A stretch of 46,124 nucleotides of DNA, taken from the NCBI GenBank assembly GCA_964002385.1, contig CAXFFS010000001.1, positions 1-46,124 on the forward strand, written 5' to 3'. The notes under the pieces are model-generated. The model was not told the origin of the DNA. It ran no database searches and saw only the letters and a program-made list of their open reading frames with translations. The position numbers and the translations under genes are program-made. The stretch comes from an uncultured Gammaproteobacteria bacterium (GTDB taxonomy: Bacteria > Pseudomonadota > Gammaproteobacteria > Magnimaribacterales > Magnimaribacteraceae). Each line of letters begins with the position of its first letter. Position 1 is the stretch's first letter. Shown here piece after piece: positions 18,726 to 25,415 of the stretch.

Positions 18726-19702
18726 TGATGAAAACTTATAGTTACTGGGTTATTGAAGCCAACAAAGGAGAGATTCGAGAATCCAACCTCAAAGAAGAAA
18801 AAGATTACTCACTAGTAAAGACCTTGTTATCAGGAATAAGTACTGGAACGGAAAAACTCGTTGGTAAAAGAAATGTTCCAAGCTCAGCTTACAATTTTAT
18901 GTCTGTTCCATACATGGAAGGTAACTTTGATCTTCCTATTAAGTATGGTTACAGCTTGGTTGGAGTACCTCTGAGTGGAAAATACAAAGGTTTAAGGACA
19001 TTTATCATGCACCCACATCAAACTTTATTTTATGCATCTGACAGTGACTTATTAGTCTTACCAGATGAAATTTCTAATGAAGCAGCCATTTTGATCCCTT
19101 ATTTAGAAACAGCTTTAAATGCTATATGGGATGCAAAACTTAGACAAAAGGAAAGTGTTGCTATTGTGGGTGGAGGGAATTTGGGCATCTTTGTAGGCTT
19201 TGTGCTTAAGTCTATGGATATAAAATTTTCACTTATTGAAAAAAGCTATAAACGCTACAGAAAAATATTGAATCTAAAATGGATAACTTCTACCTACAAG
19301 GAAAGTTCTGATCTAGGACAAACTTTTGACGTGATATTCAATACTTCAGGTTCGTCTGAAGGTCTTCAAAAATCTTTAGATATAGGAGGATTTGAGAGTA
19401 GAGTTATAGATTTAAGTTGGTATGGGTCAACCAATGTAAACTTGAATTTAGGTGAATCTTTTCACTGGAACAGAAAAAAAATTATTTCTTCCCAAGTTTC
19501 TCACGTAGCAGCTCCTAAGAGAATATCAGTTAGCAAAGACGAAAGACTGAAACAGGTCCTTGACCTATTGAGAGATCCTGTTTTAAATAAGTTTGGAAGG
19601 TGTGAAATAGAATTTAAAAACTTACCAGGATTTATGCATCAATTATATGCAAATAAAGACGTTGGATGGTCTCCTATAATTCATTATGAAAGAAATAGCT
19701 AA
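18725..19702 (+). CDS. Medium-chain dehydrogenase/reductase (MDR) family protein lacking the catalytic zinc ligands
   Basis: The Rossmann motif is VAIVGGGNLGIFVG. The positions of the ADH motifs GxCxxD and GHE read GISTGTE and GYS (Cys to Ser, His to Tyr, Glu to Ser). I chose the ATG at 18725 (TAATG overlap with the GT stop). The ORF track uses TTG at 18710. Confidence 0.65.
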   Translation: MMKTYSYWVIEANKGEIRESNLKEEKDYSLVKTLLSGISTGTEKLVGKRNVPSSAYNFMSVPYMEGNFDLPIKYGYSLVGVPLSGKYKGLRTFIMHPHQTLFYASDSDLLVLPDEISNEAAILIPYLETALNAIWDAKLRQKESVAIVGGGNLGIFVGFVLKSMDIKFSLIEKSYKRYRKILNLKWITSTYKESSDLGQTFDVIFNTSGSSEGLQKSLDIGGFESRVIDLSWYGSTNVNLNLGESFHWNRKKIISSQVSHVAAPKRISVSKDERLKQVLDLLRDPVLNKFGRCEIEFKNLPGFMHQLYANKDVGWSPIIHYERNS

Positions 19703-20079
19703 TGTATAGTCTTTCAGTAAATGATTTTTTCATGGTCGCCCACAGTCTAAAAGGTAAAGAATTTGGTCAAGCTCAAAATCTTCATGGGGCCACCTTTGAA
19801 ATTACAACTGAATATAAAGTTAAAAAGTTAAATAATTTAGGAATAGTGATAGATGTTGTAGTTGCAAGTGAAATTCTAAAAAAGGTAATAAAGCAGTTTA
19901 ATTATAAGAATTTAGACGATTTAAAAGAATTTCAAAATTTAAACACATCTATGGAAGTACTCTGTGAGTATATTCACAAACAAATTTCAGGACTTTTACT
20001 GGGTAACTTTGAAGGCTCTCTAAAGGTCACAATTAAGGAAAATCCATTAGCCCAATGTTCCTTTGAAGATAAAATCTAA
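19702..20079 (+). CDS. 6-pyruvoyl-tetrahydropterin synthase / QueD (COG0720)-like protein with a degenerate active site
   Basis: 125 aa. FFMVAHSL....GQAQNLHGATFEI aligns with the QueD sequence FEAAHRL....CGRLHGHSF. However, the Cys and third His are both Ala here, and the DHH of LDHHYLN is NYK (FNYKNLD). The ATG overlaps the upstream stop. Confidence 0.55.
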   Translation: MYSLSVNDFFMVAHSLKGKEFGQAQNLHGATFEITTEYKVKKLNNLGIVIDVVVASEILKKVIKQFNYKNLDDLKEFQNLNTSMEVLCEYIHKQISGLLLGNFEGSLKVTIKENPLAQCSFEDKI

Positions 20080-20287
20080 ACTTTGTTTAGGTTTGTAACC
20101 TTGGTATCCAAATAACAGCAAAAAAGTTTATTAGAGCTTTTAAAAATAAACTAATTTCAAACATATTTTAGGGATAGCTAAGGGATAGCAATTAATATGA
20201 GTCTATGTCAAGGTATACAGATTTTATAGGCTTATATAACAACATATAATGTTGATATATAAAGGAATTTGGGATTAGATAACTTCT

Positions 20288-20328
20288 TTAAAAGGGAACT
20301 GCTCTACCAAACTGAGCTAACGGCCCAA
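20288..20328 (-). pseudogene. Direct repeat copy 2: orphan 5' half of tRNA-Lys (positions 1 through the anticodon loop, plus 2 upstream nt)
   Basis: It is identical over 41 bp to 13354..13394. Identity stops exactly at the 3' edge of the anticodon loop, and 4 of the next 6 nt still match. No 3' half follows. Confidence 0.9.
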
Positions 20329-20358
20329 AGAAAGGCGTATATTAAATGTTTAGGCAAG

Positions 20359-21033
20359 TTAATTCGACTCCTGAATTAAAGTTTCCTTAGATTTTTTTGC
20401 TAATTCTGCTGCTCCTGTATCAGGATATTCAGAAATAAGTCTGGAAAAATAGGAATTAGCTGCCTCATCATTGAGTAAAAGTTTCTCAATCACTCCTAGC
20501 TTATATAGACAATCAGCAACCCTGTCATGATCTTTAAACTTTTCTGCAACTACCAGGTAATGTTCTCTTGCATCTTCCAATTGTTCTTGGACTAAATAAA
20601 GTTCGCCAGACCAAAAATAAGCATCAGCAGAATAAGTTCCTTCTGGAAAAGAAATTATTAAGTCGCGGAAGACTTCTAAGGCTTCAGCGTATCTTGAGAC
20701 TTCAAACAACTCCAAAGCTTCTTTGTATAAATCAATCTCTTCAGTTGAGTTTAAATCATTGAGATTTAAGGATCCCTCATTTAATTCTTCTAGTTCTCCT
20801 GAAAGGATACTGTGTAACCTTTTGTCTAAATCTAGGTATCTTTGCTGTTGAAGTTCTTGATAGCGTTCGATCAAAAAGGTATTTTCTTCAATCAAGTTTC
20901 TCAGAGTGGCTATCTCTTGCTCTAGGGCTCCAATTTTTTGGTAAATTAAATCTAATGATCCTTCTTCCTCAGAAGAAAGTCTTAGCTGAAAAGCTAAAAT
21001 AAATACAAAAAATAAAAAAAGTGATTTTTTCAA
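20359..21033 (-). CDS. cpoB: Tol-Pal system protein CpoB (YbgF), TPR protein
   Basis: 224 aa with a signal peptide, an N-terminal coiled coil and C-terminal TPR repeats. It is the last gene of the tol-pal cluster. Confidence 0.85.
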   Translation of the reverse strand: MKKSLFLFFVFILAFQLRLSSEEEGSLDLIYQKIGALEQEIATLRNLIEENTFLIERYQELQQQRYLDLDKRLHSILSGELEELNEGSLNLNDLNSTEEIDLYKEALELFEVSRYAEALEVFRDLIISFPEGTYSADAYFWSGELYLVQEQLEDAREHYLVVAEKFKDHDRVADCLYKLGVIEKLLLNDEAANSYFSRLISEYPDTGAAELAKKSKETLIQESN

Positions 21034-21045
21034 ATCAGATTAAAT

Positions 21046-21513
21046 TTACAATACTTTAACTACAGCTCTTCTATTTTTAGACCAAGAAGATTCGTTAGAA
21101 CCGTAAGCAACTGGTTTTTCTTCTCCGTAACTAACCGTTGTAATACTGTTAGATGAAACCCCGTTAACTTGAAGCAACTCGGAAACCGCATTGGCTCTCT
21201 TTTCCCCTAAAGCTAGGTTATATTCTCTAGTACCTCTTTCGTCACAGTGGCCTTCTATTCGAACCTTACTGGAACTTGATTTAATTGAATTTGCAAGAGC
21301 ACGAATTTCTGATACGGCTGATGCACTTAGATTGTATTTATCATATTCAAAATATATTGTTCCTTCCACTGGGTTATCAGAGTCTGAGTATTCAGATTCT
21401 GAAACAGCAGAAACAGTTTCTGCTTCAACTGCTCGATCCATTGAAACTGATGCACATCCACTGAAAGAACAAATTACGGCTGCTATTATTAAAAACTGAT
21501 CAAATAAACTCAT
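21046..21513 (-). CDS. pal: Peptidoglycan-associated lipoprotein Pal (OmpA-like)
   Basis: 155 aa. It has the lipobox FSGC and an OmpA C-terminal domain (IEGHCDERGTREYNLALGEKRA...NRRAV). Confidence 0.93.
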   Translation of the reverse strand: MSLFDQFLIIAAVICSFSGCASVSMDRAVEAETVSAVSESEYSDSDNPVEGTIYFEYDKYNLSASAVSEIRALANSIKSSSSKVRIEGHCDERGTREYNLALGEKRANAVSELLQVNGVSSNSITTVSYGEEKPVAYGSNESSWSKNRRAVVKVL

Positions 21514-21587
21514 ATTTAACTCCTTCGATTAATTATACTTTCTTTTATTTAAAATAACCTCTTGGAATATGACTACATTTTTTGGGA

Positions 21588-22886
21588 TTAGTTGCTTGTG
21601 GAAACTAATAAAGGGGACCAATTGGGTTCCCTTACTCCCCCTGAATTAGTGGGTAAGATAAATCTTGTTTTTCCATCTATTGATATTCCAGCAAGAATAT
21701 CTTTTTCCTTCTCTTTAGTCGCATAAATGATTACCTTCCCGTTAGGAGAAATTGTAGGAGATTCATCAAGTTTAGTATCCGTTAAAATTTGTAGCTTAGC
21801 AGTTCTTAGACTTTGGACAGCTATATGAAATAGCTCACCTCTTCTGTGCACAAATACAAAACTCCTTCCATCTGGGGTGTACCTAGCCCTGGCATTGTAA
21901 GTTCCTTCAAAAGTTTTTCGTCTAATCTTTCCATTTGAAATAGTTATTTCATAAATTTGAGGTGTACCACTTCGATTGGAAGTAAAAATTATCTTTTTTC
22001 CATCAGGTGACCAATCAGGTTCTGTATCAATTCCAAAATGTTTTGTTAACTGTTTCCATGAATCTTTTTCTAAATCGTATCTATAAATATCTGGATTACC
22101 TCCTTTGGAAAGGACTGCAGCTAAATACCTGTCTGAAGGAGACCAGTTAGGTGAACTATTAATTCCTTTCTCCCGTTTTAAACTTTTTCTTTTTCCTGTG
22201 TAGATCTCTTGGATAAATATCCTTGAAGTACCCTCTTCAAAGGAAACATAAGCCAACTGTCTTCCATCAGAAGACCAATCAGGAGACATAAGGGGCTCAG
22301 GAGAAGAAAAAATATTTGAATCATTTCTTCCATCTATGTCAGCAACTCTAAGAAAGTATTTTTCATCAGAAGAATTATTTTTATTTATATAGGAAATTTT
22401 CGTTGAAAAGATTCCTGGTAAACCATTAATTTCATTATAAATTCTGTCACTGATGACATGAGCCAAAGCATTTAAATAGAAGGTAGTACCGGTACTTATA
22501 GATCTTTTCATTAATCTTTCCCTAGTCACATTAAATAGAGAGAAATTCACTACTACTTCCCCTGCGACTTCTCCTTGTAAAGCTGATCCTAAAACTAAAT
22601 AATCAACATCTAAAAGTTTCCAGTCCCTATAAAAGATTTCTTTATCCGTTTTAGGAAGACTTAACATTTCTTTTGGTGATAATGACTCGAATTCCCCAAA
22701 GGACTCTAAATCTGAAGAAATGATTTCATGCAGATACTCTCTGGGTGGATTTTCAAGATTCCAGACTATTGGAACTATTGCTATCCGAATTGGATCTTTT
22801 ATTCCTTCAGTTATTTCTATTCTTAATCCTGATGTTAAAAGAGAGCTGAAAATAAGAAGTAAAAGTGCCGAAATCCTATAGATCAT
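21588..22886 (-). CDS. tolB: Tol-Pal system beta-propeller protein TolB
   Basis: 432 aa with a signal peptide and repeated P.WSPDG blades (PDWSSDGRQLAY, PNWSPSDRYLA, PDWSPDGKKIIF). Confidence 0.95.
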   Translation of the reverse strand: MIYRISALLLLIFSSLLTSGLRIEITEGIKDPIRIAIVPIVWNLENPPREYLHEIISSDLESFGEFESLSPKEMLSLPKTDKEIFYRDWKLLDVDYLVLGSALQGEVAGEVVVNFSLFNVTRERLMKRSISTGTTFYLNALAHVISDRIYNEINGLPGIFSTKISYINKNNSSDEKYFLRVADIDGRNDSNIFSSPEPLMSPDWSSDGRQLAYVSFEEGTSRIFIQEIYTGKRKSLKREKGINSSPNWSPSDRYLAAVLSKGGNPDIYRYDLEKDSWKQLTKHFGIDTEPDWSPDGKKIIFTSNRSGTPQIYEITISNGKIRRKTFEGTYNARARYTPDGRSFVFVHRRGELFHIAVQSLRTAKLQILTDTKLDESPTISPNGKVIIYATKEKEKDILAGISIDGKTRFILPTNSGGVREPNWSPLLVSTSN

Positions 22887-22890
22887 AAGT

Positions 22891-23502
22891 TTAATTCTCA
22901 GGATTAAATACTAAAGTAAACTTTCTAAAATTATTATCAAATAACCTCCTACTCATATCTAAACCGTCGAATTTAGATACCTTTTGAATGGCATTAAGGG
23001 TAGAGCTATCGAAAGCTTGGTTTCCACTGGTCTTGATAAGCTTTACTTGAACAATTTCTCCAGTGGGAACTAGAGTTATAAGTATTTCAGCTGACATTCC
23101 TTTTTTTGCAGAACTTGGTTGTTTCCAATTTATTATTACTTGATCTCTAATAAGATTTGAATAATAAGAGATCTCCTCAACAGAACTTTTAATCTCTTCA
23201 CCCAATATTTGTTTCAACAACAAGTCTTTTTCCACTTTTACAGTTTCTATCTCTGCTTTTGCATTGGCAGTTTCTAAAACTGTAGGGCTAATTATTGGTT
23301 CTTCTTGTATTAGTTCTTTAACCTTCTTAATATTTTTTTTCTTTGAAATAACTAGAGGTTTTTCAAATACAAGATAAGCAGGCATTGGTTCAACTTTGTT
23401 AAGTGAGTAAAGATTATCTATTTGAAAGAAGTTGGCGAAAGATAAAACTAACCCTAAATGCAGAATGAAAGAAACAAAGAACCCTGAAAGGTAATTTTGC
23501 AT
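22891..23502 (-). CDS. tolA: TolA (short form: TM anchor, short linker, TolA/TonB-like C-terminal domain)
   Basis: 203 aa. It has an N-terminal TM helix and occupies the position between tolR and tolB. The C-terminal sequence is ILITLVPTGEIVQVKLIKTSGNQAFDSSTLNAI. Confidence 0.75.
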   Translation of the reverse strand: MQNYLSGFFVSFILHLGLVLSFANFFQIDNLYSLNKVEPMPAYLVFEKPLVISKKKNIKKVKELIQEEPIISPTVLETANAKAEIETVKVEKDLLLKQILGEEIKSSVEEISYYSNLIRDQVIINWKQPSSAKKGMSAEILITLVPTGEIVQVKLIKTSGNQAFDSSTLNAIQKVSKFDGLDMSRRLFDNNFRKFTLVFNPEN

Positions 23503-23505
23503 GTT

Positions 23506-23931
23506 TTACAAAGAAGGGGGTTGGGTTATTAAACCGACATCTTCAGCACCTGAAGCTTGTAGCACGGACATTAACTCCATAACTTTTTGGTATTTAACAT
23601 TCCCATCTCCTCTTACTACTACCTGTAAATAAGGGTTTGCTTTAAGAATTTTGTCCACCTGGACTGAAAGGTCTTCCAGATTAAGCGGTGTGTTTCTTGT
23701 AGCTTGAGTTTCAAGAAAAAATACGCCATCTGACTTAATAGAAATGATTAAAGGATCGTTTTTTTCTCTTGGTAATGGCTCAGATAGAGTTTCAGGGAGA
23801 TTTACTAAGACGCCTTGAACCATTAAAGGTGCTGCTATCATGAATACAACCAGAAGCACTAACATAACATCTATGTATGGAACTACATTTATATCGGAAA
23901 GTAATGTCCTTCTTCGCCTTCTTGAAGTCAT
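23506..23931 (-). CDS. tolR: Tol-Pal system protein TolR (ExbD family)
   Basis: 141 aa. INVVPYIDVMLVLLVVFM is typical of ExbD/TolR. Confidence 0.92.
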   Translation of the reverse strand: MTSRRRRRTLLSDINVVPYIDVMLVLLVVFMIAAPLMVQGVLVNLPETLSEPLPREKNDPLIISIKSDGVFFLETQATRNTPLNLEDLSVQVDKILKANPYLQVVVRGDGNVKYQKVMELMSVLQASGAEDVGLITQPPSL

Positions 23932-24596
23932 TTTTTGTAAAGGTCTCTACGCAGAACAATAGAGAATTCATCCATAAAATCTTCAAAACTTGAAAGAAGT
24001 GTTTCAACTGAGGCTGTGTATCTGTTGTATGCAATTAAAGCTGGTATTGCTGCAAAAAGACCTATTGCTGTGGCTATTAAGGCTTCTGAGATGCCAGGAG
24101 CTACTGTTGATAAGGTAGCTTGATTAGTTTCTGCTAATCCTCTAAAAGAATTCATAATTCCCCAGACTGTTCCAAATAAACCAACGTAGGGCGATGCAGA
24201 AGCTACAGTAGCTAAAAAAGGTAAGTGCTTCTCCAGCGTAGTTTGTTCCCTTGAAAGAGAGATTCTCATAGCTCTTTCTGCTCCTTCTAACACTGTCTCT
24301 GGTTCTAAATCTTGGTTATTAATATTCTTGTATTCTTGATACCCTGATCTAAAAATACATTCCGCTCCAATGGCTACATAGTTTTCTTCTTGGCCTTGCT
24401 TAAAAACTGCCTCTAGGCCTGCTTCAGACCAGAATAGATCTTCAAAACTAACTAATTCTTGTTTTGATTTATTTAAAAATATCCACCTTTCAAAAATAAC
24501 CATCCAAGAGAAAATTGAAGCTAACAAAAGTAAAAAAATAACCAGCTGAACTACCAGGCTAGCATTGAGAATTAAATCGATGATTGAAAATGACAT
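23928..24596 (-). CDS. tolQ: Tol-Pal system protein TolQ (MotA/ExbB family)
   Basis: 222 aa, 3 TM, with the conserved LATVASASPYVGLFGTVWGIM...GISEALIATAIGL. Confidence 0.95.
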   Translation of the reverse strand: MSFSIIDLILNASLVVQLVIFLLLLASIFSWMVIFERWIFLNKSKQELVSFEDLFWSEAGLEAVFKQGQEENYVAIGAECIFRSGYQEYKNINNQDLEPETVLEGAERAMRISLSREQTTLEKHLPFLATVASASPYVGLFGTVWGIMNSFRGLAETNQATLSTVAPGISEALIATAIGLFAAIPALIAYNRYTASVETLLSSFEDFMDEFSIVLRRDLYKK

Positions 24597-24601
24597 AGTT
24601 C

Positions 24602-25000
24602 TTATAGCAATGATTTCATACCTTGGTATAACTTGCTAGGAAGAGCTTTGGGTTTAAAATTTTTTAAACTAAGACAACCGCATTTAACAATCCCACCACA
24701 CAATAAGTTGCCTTCATCAGTAAAAACTTCTTGAGTAAAATCAAAGCTAACTTTTCCTGCTTTTATGATTCGAGTATGTACTTCTATTTGCTGGTCTAGA
24801 TAAGCTGGTTTTTTGAATTCTATAGCTACTTCTCTGACAACAAAAATAGCTCCTTGTTCCATTAAGTCCTTCTGCTCATAGCCAATCTCTCGAAGATATT
24901 CTGTCCTTGCTCTCTCAAAAAACTTTAAGTAGTTTGCGTAATAAACTACCCCTTGAGCGTCAGTATCTTCGTAATAAACTTTAATTGGCAAAATATGCAT
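24602..25000 (-). CDS. ybgC: Tol-Pal-associated acyl-CoA thioesterase YbgC (4HBT hotdog fold)
   Basis: 132 aa. VYYEDTDAQGVVYYANYLKFFERAR is the YbgC signature. The gene lies immediately upstream of tolQ. Confidence 0.92.
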   Translation of the reverse strand: MHILPIKVYYEDTDAQGVVYYANYLKFFERARTEYLREIGYEQKDLMEQGAIFVVREVAIEFKKPAYLDQQIEVHTRIIKAGKVSFDFTQEVFTDEGNLLCGGIVKCGCLSLKNFKPKALPSKLYQGMKSLL

Positions 25001-25002
25001 CT

Positions 25003-25413
25003 TTATAAATCGTGGTCTTGTATATCTTCTTTATAAAGATTTTTAAGAAGAAAGATAAAATCTTCCCATAGCAGATCTGCGGTATAAGGAGCATTAATAT
25101 TTAATTCGGGGTTAATAGCCCCGAGGGGAATTCTTACTTTGATAGGTCTTCTATTAAACTTATACACAAGCGCTGGAATTCCTTCTTCACGAGTAGCATC
25201 AAGAACTTGCTGCCACCAAGCTTCCAGTGGTTCAGCACCTGTACCATATCTTTTACATTCTATGTACCATCGTCCTAGCATTAAATCGGGCAAGTGCTTC
25301 TCCCTGGTTTGTTCTAGAATTCTTCTTACATTGTTCTTCAAACCAAGATCTGCAGTTAATAGATTTCCAATTTCTCTTTCAAAAGACGCCCCTTTATTCC
25401 TTGAATTTGTCAT
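25003..25413 (-). CDS. Small PD-(D/E)XK nuclease, Hjc / VRR-NUC-like (putative Holliday-junction resolvase)
   Basis: 136 aa. The N-terminal KGASFEREIGNLL resembles archaeal Hjc (KG...ERE...LL). It is followed by PD43-x8-E52-C-K54 (PDLMLGRWYIECK), giving the E...D...ExK arrangement. It occupies the slot where ruvC (and ruvAB) normally lie. Confidence 0.45.
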   Translation of the reverse strand: MTNSRNKGASFEREIGNLLTADLGLKNNVRRILEQTREKHLPDLMLGRWYIECKRYGTGAEPLEAWWQQVLDATREEGIPALVYKFNRRPIKVRIPLGAINPELNINAPYTADLLWEDFIFLLKNLYKEDIQDHDL

Positions 25414-25415
25414 GG

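Larger units (their letters stand above)
13354..20328. mobile_element. Integrase-less genomic island inserted in tRNA-Lys, bounded by 41-bp direct repeats
   Basis: Perfect 41-bp direct repeats lie 6934 bp apart. The interior is a single 7-gene accessory operon. The flanks (cpoB on one side, tRNA-Lys on the other) are adjacent in other gammaproteobacteria. No recombinase gene is present inside. Confidence 0.75.

Noticed and set aside
22891-23502. I considered whether TolA, at only 203 aa, is a truncated pseudogene.
   Set aside because: The ORF keeps the N-terminal TM anchor and a C-terminal TolA/TonB-like domain, and it is tightly coupled to tolR and tolB. A shortened domain II is plausible in compact genomes.
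23792-24034. I considered an 80-aa ORF spanning the tolQ/tolR junction on the same strand.
   Set aside because: It is out of frame with both tolQ and tolR, which have full-length conserved products and a 4-nt coupled junction. It carries no motif.
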